From positions 9,734,001 through 9,798,000 of the forward strand of contig OX597816.1 in assembly GCA_951406725.2 (NCBI GenBank): DNA of 64,000 bases, in the 5' to 3' direction. The notes beneath the pieces were generated by a model, which made no database searches, was not told the origin of the DNA, and saw only the letters and a program-made list of their open reading frames with translations. Of this stretch, positions 50,902-63,865 are shown one piece after another. Source of the DNA: Octopus vulgaris. Taxonomy: Eukaryota. The number at the start of each line of letters is the position of its first letter. The first letter of the stretch is position 1. The translations under genes and the position numbers were made by a program.

Positions 50902-53900
50902 GTATGTAAGAAAGACAATTAATGTTAGTTGTATGCATGACATTTCATACAAGTTATTTTGAGAGTTCTAACATCCAACGTCGTCTCCAGTCTTATGCAT
51001 CTCTACCAAGAAAAGAAAAAAAAAGTGCTTGCATATGCTAAAAATAATTTATGGCACTGAATATAAACATGTACCAATGCTGCATTGATTTTCTTTTCCT
51101 GTCAACAGTCCTTTGCAAGAAAAATATCTCGACTGTACTATATCATCAAGTATCTATACCAATATTCTAAGTGAGAAAAATATACCGCATTTGATAGCAT
51201 AAAAGACACACAGGCATATTAGACGTACCCCAGTTTCAGCAGCAAATATTCAGGAAAAGGTTTTAGTGCATTAAAGCATCTAATATCTAAAGCTATTTTG
51301 CATATAGATCCTAGGTTAATATTTTTTGAGACATCTTTTCGGGGGGAAAAAAATGTGCTTTATATGCCATTAAATAGAATAGTTTCTGCAAGTCTTTTTC
51401 TAAGTGTAGTTCTGTTGAGTATTATTTGTTTGTTGGCAACAAATTGTTTGAGATATTCTGTTTGATTTATCAATATTAAGTATATATGTGATCCATCAAT
51501 CTATCTTAATTATATTTACCAATATTTATTCTGTTTATTCAGTCTTCTGTCTCTTTGTTGTGAAGTGTCAAAATCAATTGTAAGTTTGTGTTGCTTCAAT
51601 GAATTTATAAAAATTTTTACATTTCAAGGGGATAAAAATTCAAATGAAAATATAGCTATTACAGTTACCATTTGCCGTATGTTTGTTGAAATGAACTGTT
51701 TTATAAATTATTATGTAATGTCTTTGTGCATTTCTTACACATTTATAAACAATTCATCAAAAGAAAGGACATGCCTATCACAATTATGTTGTTCATAAGT
51801 TTGAAAACTGACAGCATCAAAATATTGCTTTAACCAATGAAAATATATACACAGATACTTAATTTCTTAGAAATATTTTCAAGTATTCCATTATATTACT
51901 GGTACTTATTTCAGATGAAAAGAAAGGACTGGCATGGCCTTGTGGTTAAGAAGTTTGTTAATCAACCATGCAGTTTAGGGTCCAGTTACACTGCATTGCA
52001 CCTTAGGCAAGTGTCCTCTACTGAAGCCCCTAATCAAAGCCCTTGTAAGTGGATTAACAGATGAAAACTGAAAGAAGCACACGTGTGTGTGTGTTATACT
52101 TTGAGAATAACTCAGCTGTTGAATTGGATTTTCATTGGCTAGATGTCCTCCTGTGAGTGCTCTTCACCTGTTTCTGAATATAAGGTAACACTTTCCTTTG
52201 GCTGGACATGTTTCCATGGAAGACTGGAAATGAATGTTGATTGATGACTGTTTTACTTGTTTGTAGCTATCAAGAAATCTCAAGACAAGAACTCACAAAC
52301 ACACACACTCACATGTGCTCTCACTCACATACTCATACACACACACTCTCACAATTACACATACACAAAGAAGGATTCTTTTGGTTTCCATCTACCAAAT
52401 CAACTCATCTATTGGTTAACTGTGGTCTATAAAGTCCTATGCATTGAGACTGAACTCAAAACCACACAGCCATGCTTGTGCCTGTCAGCAGAGAGAACAT
52501 TTAGGTGGGAGGAATGGGACACGGACAGGTTCCGAACAGTTGCAACAGATTGGATGCTACCATAGACACCAGAGATAAAGTCTAAGGTGTGGACTTTTGA
52601 AACATGATTGCGAATTTTGAGCCACAACCTTGTCAACAATCAACTATCTTAATTTTATAGATTCCATCTGAGACAGATTCTATTGTCTAAAAATATTACT
52701 AAGTTCAAAATGAGCTGGATTGAAAATTCTATTATTTCTCTGAAAGCCAACAGACTTGAAAATAATGATTGTTAAAGTAGAATTCTTGATGTAGTGGAAG
52801 ATATAATCGCAAGAGCCAACTACGGGGGTAGAGTTTATGACTTAACAGGTGTTGGTGGCAGACACTACTTATGGATTAAGTGATGTCGTTTATCTTTTTT
52901 GGGGGGAATTATTTATTGATAATGTGGATGTGTGTGTGTGTGCATATATGTACATATATATACACATGCACACGATTTCTTTGTTTTTCCTTTAAAAAAA
53001 AAATTCTTGTTCCTGCGAACCTGACAAAACCAGCTGTGATAGCCAAACGAACCATCACAATAGCCAAGTTAAACACACTCTCAGAATAAATTTCTCTGCT
53101 CATAACTGGCGACAGCTTTCTTTCTCAGACCCAAAAGAAAAACAAGTAGAACACCAATTACAAAAAAAAAAAAGTTCATACATAAAATAAAATAAAATAA
53201 AATAAAATAAAAAATAAAATAAAATATGGCTTTCAGACAAATGCACACTATCTTTCACCATTAAGTCTTCTATTCCTATTGATAAATAGAATAATATTGA
53301 GCTATAAATTATTTTTATTGAGTCTCCAACAACCATCCTTGCTCACAGCAAAAATTCCTTTATGATGCCACCTCTCACTTATTCCACTTTATTTTCTTAT
53401 TTCTCTTGCAGTGGTATATTAGTATTATCTGTCTATTGAAAAGGATTATACATTCATGTTTCTGTGTATTCTCTTATTTTTTGCTTTGTATCTTTATTAC
53501 CCTCAGGTGCTGGCAATAAGAATGTTACAGTATAAATAATTCAACCAGAACATACATCTATTTCTGAATAAAAGTATATGTGATGGAGTGGATGTCTATG
53601 TATATTTATGTGTGTGAAGATGTTAATGCACATGCAAAATTATGAGTGGATTTGGAAATTATCTGAAGAAAAAGGTGGGAAAAAAAAACGCCCAAAGAAA
53701 ACTGAATATTCTTCCATTATGCTCTTGTATCATTTATGGTTTCTGCAGTGTGTACTGAAAAAGTGATTTAACAGTGGCATGACATTTATTAGCCTACACT
53801 TAAATTACAGTGACATTGTGTAGACATCGTGTAATGCAATCTGGAATTAGGAGGCTATAGAATGATAGCATAAACACACACATTCACACAATATATATAT

Positions 53901-53938
53901 GCATACATGTGTGTATATGTATATTTTTGTGTATGAAC

Positions 53939-54006
<68 letters not shown>

Positions 54007-54407
54007 CATATATACAAATGTATATAATATATATAAATGTATGTGTGCAGGCCTATGTATATGTGTGTGTACACATATATACATGTGTATGTGTATCTGT
54101 GTACACATGTAAAATTGGAGCAGAGGTTTAATTCAGAGTATGCTTCCCATATACATTTATGCTGTTTCTATTGATTTTGAATTCCTTGCTCTCTTCTTCA
54201 TAAACTGGTGTAATGTCATTTGTTTTAGGAAATGATGATTCAGTTACTATACTTCCAACACAACTTGCTCTACTATGTGTAGACCTACTTTGTATCACAG
54301 ATATACACTGATATTTAAATTATGCATCTATGTGTAGTATTGATTTGTATCTGTGCTTCAGAATCGTTGGAGCATTGGGTAAAATACTTTGTGATATTTA
54401 GTTTCAG

Positions 54408-54645
54408 ATAAGGTGGCGAGCTGGCAGAAACGTTAACACGCGGGGCGAAATGCTTAGCGATATTTCATCTGCCGTTATGTTCTGAGTTCAAATTCCGCCG
54501 AGGTTGACTTTGCCTTTCATCCTTTCGGGGTCGATAAATTAAAAACCAGTTATGCACTGGGGGTCGATGTAATCGACTTAATCCGTTTGTCTGTCCTTCT
54601 TTGTCCCTTCCGTGTTTAGCCCCTTGTGGGTAGTAAAGAAATAGG
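54408..54645 (+). mobile_element. Full-length SINE family C inserted in an older family C copy
   Basis: 13-bp TSD TATTTAGTTTCAG at 54395-54407 and 54646-54658. The flanks are the head and the body of a decayed copy. Confidence 0.9.
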
Positions 54646-54845
54646 TATTTAGTTTCAGTTCTTTGCATTCTGAGATCAAATTCTGCTGAGGTCAGCCTTG
54701 CTTTTCATCCTTTGCAGTTGTTAAATTGATTTACTAATGTACTGACATATATTTATTCATCGAACCCCTTGCTCTCCATTTTGTTGCTCTGTGCTTGTGT
54801 TAGAAATAAAAAACAATTATTTCTACTATGTGTCATTTATTTTTC

Positions 54846-55310
54846 ACTCATTTCAGTCATTAGACCACGGCCATGCTGGGGCTACACCTTGAAGAATTTT
54901 TTAATTGAACAAATCAACCTCAGCACTTAATTTTTTAAGACTGGTACTTATTCTGTCAGTTTTTTTTGCCAAACTGCTAAGTTATGGGGACGTAAACACA
55001 CCAACACCAGTTGTCAAGCAGTGATGGGGGGACATACACAGATGTAAGGGCATACACATGTGCACACACATGGACGCACATGCACACACACATGTGCACA
55101 TACATGCATGTGCCAGACATGCACATACACAAGCTCAAACATGCACACCCACATGCTTATGCATCCACACACACACATGTATATGATAGGCTTCTTTCAG
55201 TTTCTGTCTATCAAATCCACTCACAAGGTACCACACAGTGGGACTGAGCCCAGAACCATGTGGTTGGGAAGCAAGTGTCTTATCACACAGCCATCCATAT
55301 CTGTGCCTAT
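54846..55310 (-). mobile_element. SINE family A (older)
   Basis: Homology to other copies. Confidence 0.8.
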
Positions 55311-55496
55311 ATGCAGGTATATATGTATGTATATATAGTCCCCTATGTGACATATAGGGAACTTCAGTTGTGATCAGCCATTTATGACCACCCACACTTA
55401 TGTGTGAAAGAACATAGTCAAACATTCTCACATACCAAATGAGTCAGTTACTTCAAGCTGCAATATTGTATTTTCTCCAAGAATTAATCATACTTT

Positions 55497-55820
55497 GTGA
55501 AGGCATGTGGCTTAGTGGTTAGAGTATTTGGCTTGCAATCATAGGGTCATGAGTTCGATTCCCAGCGGTACATTTTGTCCTTGAGCAAGACACTTTATTT
55601 CACATTGCTCCAGTCTACACAGCTGGCAAAAATGAGTAGCACCTGTATTTCAAAGAACCAGCCTTGTCACACTCTGTGTCACACTGAATCTCCCTGAGAA
55701 GTATGTGAAGGGTTATATGTGTCTGTGGAGTGCTCAGCCACTTGCATATTAATTTCACAAGCAGGCTGTTCCGTTGATTGGATCAACTGGAACCCTTGTC
55801 ATCATAAGCGATGGAGTGCT
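55497..55820 (+). mobile_element. SINE family E
   Basis: Homology to 37755-38068. Confidence 0.85.
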
Positions 55821-56177
55821 AGTATAATTATAGGTTAGCAACTTTCATTCACCTTTGGTGTCTGCAGGTTTACCACCCTCAAAGATGTCATGCAAAAAGG
55901 ATGATTTTCTATCAGGCATAGAACAAAGGAAGCCATTTCCATTTTAAAGTTAGAAAGAAAAATAATTAATTGCTGTGAAAAATGTGAAGAACAGAAAATA
56001 GCTAAATTCAACCACATGTGGTTTGCATTGTACTAATTAATGAATCTTCATTATTCTGAAGGACAAGAAAAATGCCTTAGCCACAGGGAAAGATTCGCTC
56101 ACCATGTGGTCAATGATAATAGGAAAAAAGTGACAAGGACCTATCCACAAAGTGGAGAAATTATTTAAGCTTTAGAT

Positions 56178-56511
56178 CATAGGTTCTCAAAGTGTGTGCT
56201 ACTCGGGGGGGGGGGCGTTGAGACAGTCCAAGTGGGCGCTGGTGCCTAAGGGGAAAGTGGGGGGTCGCAGTAGAGATAAAGGAGGTGTTGGGAGGAAGGC
56301 AGTGGATTGGGGGACCCTATGAATTTATTATAATATTATTATAGTATTGTATACAAATTATATAATATTATATTAAATATCGAATGATTCATAGAATATA
56401 TGAATTAGTAAACTATAAACTATTTATCTATACATAAAAATAGGGGTGGTGGCGCTGAGGGTAGTATGTGGCCATGAGGGGTTGATGACCGAAAATGTTT
56501 GAGAACCTCTG
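56178..56511. mobile_element. hAT (Charlie-like) MITE
   Basis: CATAGGTTCTCAAA ... TTTGAGAACCTCTG. 8-bp TSD CTTTAGAT / TTTTAGAT. Confidence 0.85.
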
Positions 56512-57245
56512 TTTTAGATGGATATAAACACACGTATCCATAAATGTACTAGCAAATGGAAGTAAGAAAAGATAGCAGAATGATTACTCTATCACATGTA
56601 ATAGTTATTCACTTTATTTTTGAATCAATTATGCATTATCTGGTAGCTTCTAGACTCTGAAAATGTAATTGTTTATTTCCAGAATGACATTGTAAGATAG
56701 GTGTGAGAGGTTGGATCTGGCCAATTTGAACATAGAACAGAATATTTGAGCTGGATATAGCTGGTTTAAATGCTATAGAGTTAAATGGGATAATTGCGAA
56801 GATTATGAAATTAACTTCTAAAACTAAATTATGTGGCTTTTGTGTTGTGGTCCATAGTTTACTTCTTTAATCACACAACACAGAGCAGGAAAGGCTATTG
56901 AATATTGATGAGATGAAATGTGTTTTAAAAATGGGAGGAGAAGGCTTGTCCACAATGAAAACAGTAATATTGTCATAACTAGTAACACTTACACTTTTGA
57001 ATTTTCTACGTTTGATGTTATTCAGTTATCTTTAGCCAACCTGATCTGTTGCTTGAGTCAACATTCTCTTGTTTATCAAATTACATATAGGAATGTGTTT
57101 GTTTATATATTTATTAGTTTATAACAAATTTTCAACTTCCATCTATCTTTCTTGGTTCATAGAATAAACCATCAGCCACTCAACAAGTAGTAATGGGTAT
57201 TTTTTCTAATGCTTACATAGTAAGGTCTTTCTATATATATATGTA

Positions 57246-57538
57246 GAGGCGCAATGGCTCAGTGGTTAGGGCAGCGGACTCGCGGTCGCAGGATCACGGT
57301 TTTGATTCCCAGACCGGGCGTTGTGAGTGTTTATTGAGCGAAAACACCTAAAAGGTCCACGAAGCTCCGGCAGGGGGTGGTGATCCCTGCTGTACTCTTT
57401 CTCCCACTCTTTCTTCTGTTGGCCTGCTCACTTAGCCAGCGGGGTGGCATCATTCGAAGGCTAAAACAATGCGAACGCATTGTGACCAGCGATGTGTAAC
57501 AACATCTGATGGTCTGGTCGGTCACGTGATCACGTGAT
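57246..57538 (+). mobile_element. SINE family D head with a third tail type
   Basis: Head homologous to 32230. Tail ends GGTCACGTGATCACGTGAT. Confidence 0.85.
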
Positions 57539-57670
57539 ATATATATGTGCATATGTCTGTATATACTATATGTGAAAATTAATATGGGTTTCAAATTTTG
57601 GCACGGGGCTAGCAATTTCAGGGGAGGTGGGTATATGTCAATTGCATCAACCCCTTCACTCAACTGGTAT

Positions 57671-58073
57671 GAGCCCCGTGCTAGTAGGGTGCTAAGAGTA
57701 CCATCCGAGCGGGATCGTTGCCAGAGCAGCTAACTGGCTTCCGTGCCGGTGGCACGTAAAAGGCAACATTCGAGCATGATCATTACCAGCATCGCCTTAC
57801 TGGCACCTGTGCCGGTGGCATGTGTAAAAAGATACGAGCGAGGTCATTGCCAGTACCGCCTGACTGGTCCCCGTGCTGGTGGCATGTAAAAGCACCCACT
57901 ACACTATTGGAGTGGTTGGCGTTAGGAAGGGCATCCAGCTGTAGAAACTCTGGCAGATCAAGAATGGGGCCTGGTGCAGTCATCTGGTTCGCCAGCCCTC
58001 AGTCAAATCGTCCAACCCATGCTAGCATGGAAAACGGATGTTAAACGATGATGATGATGATGATGATGATGAT
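57671..58073 (+). mobile_element. SINE family B nested in a family C remnant
   Basis: Homology and (GAT)n tail. Confidence 0.85.
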
Positions 58074-58235
58074 CCCAAAGGGATGAATGGCAAAGCCTTG
58101 GTGGCATTTGAACTTAGAACATAATGATTGACAAAATACTGCTAAGCATTTTGTTTGGTGCAGTAACAATTCTGCTAGTTCGCTGCCTTAATGTGCAAAC
58201 TGATATTAATGAGAACATGTTAGTTTTGTATTCAG

Positions 58236-58288
58236 AAAGTACAATTTTTGTGGACGTGATAGATGAAGTGAAAATAAACTTAGAACAG
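58236..58288 (+). other. Weak candidate internal exon (53 nt; one open frame STIFVDVIDEVKINLEQ)
   Basis: TTTTGTATTCAG| ... CAG|GTATAA. No recognisable homology. Confidence 0.2.
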
Positions 58289-58931
58289 GTATAAATTATA
58301 AATTACCACAACCTTGGTAGCTGGAGTATGGATGTAGAATAAATTATTGCAGTGCATTAGTTTTGGATGAAAGTCAAATTTAAGCCTGGCTAAAAGAAAC
58401 CTAAATTGACCAATAATATTGGTGACTATTCCAGTTCAGAAGAAATGATCAAATATTTGGCCAACTATTTAGGTGTCTATTTTCCAGAAACATGTCAGTC
58501 ACATCAATTTGCTAAAAAGTAAATGCTGAATTGAGGAGTTGCTCTACTTTACTATTTTTGTGTTCTGGAAAATAAAAAGAGATATGGACAATCTTGTCAG
58601 AATTTTGATTAAATCTGGTACTCTACATGAAACTAGAAACTCTTCTAATTTAATTAATTATATTGGTGAATCATATCAGCAATCAGCACTATCTTTAGAT
58701 GTTAGATCATATTAATAGCAGCACATCTATCTTCTACTCTATAGCAGATGCACTCACACCTTGGGTTGCTTGTTTCAGCAATTCTCCAGTTTGGTCACAG
58801 CTGCATTATATTGGTTCAGAAACAAGAATCTAAGTCCTCAAAGAATATGGAATCAGATTTAAATTTGTTAGAAACTGCTGTTACTGCACAATTTCCCATC
58901 TGCTGAATGCCTTCATATTAAGCATGTTATA

Positions 58932-60388
58932 ACAACTATTCATAGAACAAATTTATTTCCATTTTCATGTATGTTAGCTGAAGAAAAAAGGGAGAAATTT
59001 ATATTAAAAAGTGATATAAAAAATAGTTGTGATTTGCAGAAGATTTAGCTGCTCTTTCTAGCAAGGCCAGCAATCACAAATTGGCTCTTTCTTTGGTTCA
59101 AGATTTAGCTGCTCTTTCTAGCAAGGCCAGCAATCACAAATTGGCTCTTTCTTTGGTTCTAGTAGAACCAAAGAAAGAGCCAATTTGTGATTGCTGGCCT
59201 TGCTAGAAAAAGCAACTAAATCTTCTGCAAATCACAACTTATTTTCTTAAAATGAAGAGTATGCCAGCATGGCTTACTAATAATAACACTTTTCGTTGCA
59301 CACTTGGGTTATTTTTTTCTTACATTTGATACGGAGGATCTTTCCCAAAATACAATAGAAGTATTGAGCAACGTATGCAATGTAATACAGAATCTTCTTA
59401 TCCTTTGGTTTTATAATTGGCACCACCTTACATATTTTGCCTAACTGTTCATCAGCATTGCTTGGAGGCGCAATGGCCCAGTGGTTAGGGCAGCGGACTC
59501 GTGGTCGGAGGATCGCCGTTTCAATTCCCAGACCAGGCGTTGTGTGTTTATTGAGCGAAAACACCCAAAAGCTCCACGAGGCCCCGGCAGGGGGTGGTAC
59601 AACCCCTGTTGTACTCTTTCGCTCCAACTTTCTCTAACTCTTTCTTCCTGTTTCTTGTCCCCGACTTCCTACACAACCGCTGAACCTGGATGCGCATTCA
59701 TCCATCTGTCGATGCTCTCGGTGTCGGGGGTTGACCTGCTTTCTCTTCTGTGGGTCTTACGAATAGCAAAGGACCACGTTTTGGACTTCTCCCATTACAG
59801 GATGAAGACCGCTTCGCTCAACAAACAATCAGCATTCCTTAAAGTTTTTTTTTAAAGAATACCACATAAGATAGCATAATCTTGGGTCTATTACACAGAG
59901 GTAGGTGAAAATGGTAATGATTGGAATGCATTTCATCATGAGCCAGCTTGATCAGAATTGATCTGTGACTAAACATCAGCAACATTACGTGATCGTTCTA
60001 CATTGTTCCTGTTTTTTTGTGAAAGCCAAGAATTAAAACTGAACTGTTTCAGATCCTGTTTTGAATATTGTTAACCCACCAATTTTCTTTGGATGATGTT
60101 GATGATGGAAGCTGAGTGCTATATTTGGTTACCTCTCCCCTTTCATGCCTATGGGTGATCAAACCAGCACAGTTTTTCTGCATACGACACTTTCTTAGGT
60201 ATCAAACAAACCAAAATAGCAAATAAAAATTACACAAATATAAAAGTTGTGAGATAAGAATGAGATGCTCATTGTAGTTGCAAAACCCGGAATTATTTTT
60301 TTATATCACTTTTTAATAGAAATTTCTCCCTTTTTTCTTCAGCTAACATACATGAAAATGGAAATAAATTTGTTCTATGAATAGTTGT
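58932..60388. repeat. Compound tandem plus inverted duplication (palindrome)
   Basis: 60-bp tandem pair 59041-59160, inverted copy 59163-59239, and 58932-59025 inverted at 60294-60388. Confidence 0.9.
59464..59788 (+). mobile_element. SINE family D head with a fourth tail type
   Basis: Head homologous to 32230 and 57246, followed by an unrelated 3' half. Confidence 0.8.
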
Positions 60389-60889
60389 CTAATGAAGCAC
60401 AATTCCTGGGATGGAATTTGTAAACTTCATGATACTCAGTAGAAAGTCTGTTACAATGCTTTAAACATAATTTTTATTTATTGTATTCCTGAATTTTCTT
60501 TTCTTTGTATTTTGATATAATTCATTTCTTTGCTGTCTATTATGCAAAATTATTCCTTAAAGCATGTAGTCTGTTTCAAAGACTTCCTATGATGACACTC
60601 GAAGCTGGTGTTTTGTTATTCAATCTGACAATTAAAAACTTGTAAGTGCTACAATATACTTTTTCTTTCTGCCACATGCTGCATTTTTGGGTTCAGATGT
60701 AGATTTCCACCCACATCTTTCTATTGAAGTTTAGGTAAGAATTTCATTTAATAAGTTTCATATTCAACAAATATTGTATCAATGAATGTTTGTGATTGTC
60801 TTTTTTTCCTTCTCTGTTGCCTCTTACACGGGGAAAAATATCTTGGTGCTTTTTGCTGAATTTTGGTTTGAAAGAAGTTATCAATACAA

Positions 60890-61307
60890 TACTCTTTTCT
60901 CTTTACTCTTTTACTTGTTTCAGTCATTTGACTGTGGCCATACTGGAACACCACTTTTAGTCAAGCAAATCGACCCCAGGACTTATTCTTTGTAAGCCTA
61001 GTACTTATTCTATCAGTCTCTTTTGCCAAACCGCTAAGTGACGGGGATGTAAACACACCAGCATCGGTTGTCAAGCAGTGCTAGGGGGACAAACACAGAC
61101 ACACAAACATATACACACACGCATATATATATACATATACATATATACGACATGGGCTTCTTTCAGTTTCCATCTACCAAAACCACTCACAAGGCTTTAG
61201 TTGGCCCAAGGCTATAGTAGAAGACACTTGCCTAAGGTACCACGCAGTGGGACTGAACCTGGAACCATGTGGTTGGTAAGCAAGCTACTTACCACACAGC
61301 CACTCCG
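60890..61307 (-). mobile_element. SINE family A
   Basis: Homology to other copies. Confidence 0.9.
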
Positions 61308-62021
61308 ACTAAATGTGCAGTTTTATTGAATGTCAACAATATTTTTGATGAATATGTGATCAGAAAGAAGTTTCTAAATTGCATATAAATAAAATTGTAG
61401 AAATCCCCTAGTTTTTTATTATATCTAGTATAATCTTAGGATAATCTAAAATACATCTTAAATTTCTTTTCTTTTGTCTTCAAGGAAGACAAATACTTTT
61501 ACCCTAGAGATAAGGTTCCATTTTAAACCATGAAGATGCTGTTAAGTGTGTTAAATACAATTGCTGTAATGGAATTTAATTTCTATTGTGGGAAAATCTA
61601 GTAACAGAAGGAATCTTGAAGTGCTAAGGTTGAAAAAAACTATAAGTATTACTTCATCTAAGATTCACAGGAAAAACAACATGATGGTACTTAAGAAGCA
61701 GATAGGCAAGTGCAGTGTAAGAGTTCTGGAGTGTGGCTACTGTTATCAGTTTTAGAATAGATGTCATCGTAATTGCTGAAGATAAACTGACATAAGGAAT
61801 TGTTGAAGATCATTGAAGATACTCTGGCATGGTGTGGTGTGGGTTCTTGAGGAACCAGAAACTGAAAGTAGTCAGGTTGTCAATTAAAGAAAGATTATCA
61901 GACAGACAGATGACTCTGAATATGGCTTAGATGCTAGAGATCAAGGGAGCAAGCCATCTCAGAAATAAGGGGAACAACATTCAGTACATGAGTCCCTTCA
62001 ACTGTGTAAAAAAGATAAATA

Positions 62022-62230
62022 TTCTTCTTTTATTTGTTTTTCAATCATTTGACTGCGGCCATGCTGTAGCACCGCCTTTAGTCGAGCAAATCGACCCCAG
62101 GACTTATTCTTTGTAAGCCTAGTACTTATTATATCAGTCTCTCTTGCTGAACTGCTAAGTGACGGGGACGTAAACACACCAGCATCGGTTGTCAAGCGAT
62201 GTTGGGGGGGGGACAAACACAGACACACAA

Positions 62231-62279
<49 letters not shown>

Positions 62280-62443
62280 CGATGGGCTTCTTTCAGTTTC
62301 CATCTATCAAATCCACTCACAAGGCTTCGATTGGCCCGAGGCTATAGTAGAAAACACTTGCCCGAGGTGCCATGCTATGGGACTGAACCTGGAACCATGT
62401 GGTTGGGAAGCAAGCTACTTACCACACGGCCACTCCTGCGCCT
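62022..62443 (-). mobile_element. SINE family A
   Basis: Homology to other copies. Confidence 0.9.
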
Positions 62444-62794
62444 ATTATATCAGATATTTTGTTAAATGTTACATTAGTAATTGAAGATAAAATTCTGTAT
62501 ATATCAGTAACAAAATGTTTTCTTCTGTGGTCATAACTCATTTTTAATTAAGGAGTAACCACACACACACACATTACAATGCAATAAAACAGAATAAGTG
62601 GATTCTCTGGTGATTTTAATTCTCTGGTGATTATTCCTATTGTTTGAACAATGAAACTACTTAACTAATTACAGACAAGACTGTGTCATTAAGAATTTTG
62701 TTTCCCAGTCAAATGGTTTGGGGTTCAGTCCCACTGTATGGCATCTGACCAAAACCTTGTCAGTGGATTTGGTGGATAGAAACTGAAAGAAACC

Positions 62795-62803
62795 TGTGTG
62801 TGT

Positions 62804-62869
<66 letters not shown>

Positions 62870-62950
62870 TGTGTGTGTTTGTGTGTGTGTTTGTGTGTGT
62901 GTGTTTGTGTGTGTGTTTGTGTGTGTGTGTGTTTGTGTGTGTGTGTATGT

Positions 62951-62987
<37 letters not shown>

Positions 62988-62992
62988 GTGTG

Positions 62993-63041
<49 letters not shown>

Positions 63042-63053
63042 CTGTGTGTGTTT

Positions 63054-63131
<78 letters not shown>

Positions 63132-63160
63132 TTGTGTGTGTGTGTTTGTGTGTGTGTGTG

Positions 63161-63242
<82 letters not shown>

Positions 63243-63260
63243 TTGTGTGTACATATGTGT
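62795..63260. repeat. Long interrupted (GT)n microsatellite, expanded from a SINE-internal tract
   Basis: Follows GAAACTGAAAGAAACC of a family A/F head. Confidence 0.95.
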
Positions 63261-63476
63261 GTTTGAGTTTGTATTTCCCTTGTTTCTCGGAGTGTTCATG
63301 GATAGTGTTGTTTGCTTGCATCCACCATGAAAGCATGACTGAATTTCTTGACATGTCTTGGCTTGTTGTGTGATCTTTGTGGCTGTGTAGCCGGAAGTTT
63401 GCTTCCCAACCAATGGTTCCGGGTTCAGTCCCACTGTGAGGCACCCCAGGCCAATCAAAGCCTTGTGACTTTTTAT

Positions 63477-63589
63477 TAATAATTGGCAGAAGTTATTGTC
63501 AAGGGCTGAGATTTTTGTGTGCCTTGGCACTTATCAAATGCATAAAACTCTCAGCCCCTGGGTCACGCTGTAACTTCTGCCAATTATTA
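63477..63589. repeat. 113-bp palindromic element
   Basis: TAATAATTGGCAGAAGTTA / TAACTTCTGCCAATTATTA outer arms and GGGCTGAGA / TCTCAGCCC inner arms. Confidence 0.85.
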
Positions 63590-63660
63590 CATATCTATAC
63601 TCATGCTTCCTGTTTGCATCACCAAACCTATATGATATATATATATATATATATATATAT

Positions 63661-63865
63661 AGGGAGAGTTCACGAAAAAAATAAAAGATGAAGACAGATG
63701 GTGTACAAAACAAACAGATGTATTAGTATAACGCTCAGGAATAGAAAAAATCTTTTACGTTTTGAGTCTACGCTCTTCTACAGAAAGGGACACAGAAAAA
63801 AAAACACGGAGAGAAACAAGGAGAGAAAAAAAATGTGTGTAGTGGCTACCGATCTATCATGGCGA
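63661..63865 (-). mobile_element. (TA)n-associated Penelope-like remnant, type 2
   Basis: Abuts (TA)n. Homologous to 15877-16068 and 24540-24632. Confidence 0.55.

Noticed and set aside
52661-52873. Coding exon (FHLRQILLSK...RILDVVEDIIARANYGGRVYDL)
   Set aside because: In-frame TAA in the middle, no clear donor and no recognisable homology. Retained only as a possible UTR acceptor.
60589-60629. C/D box snoRNA (ATGATGA...CTGA)
   Set aside because: Only ~40 nt, with no terminal stem and no recognisable guide.
62725-63530. Longest ORFs (156-256 aa, HT/CV repeats)
   Set aside because: Translations of a (GT)n microsatellite.
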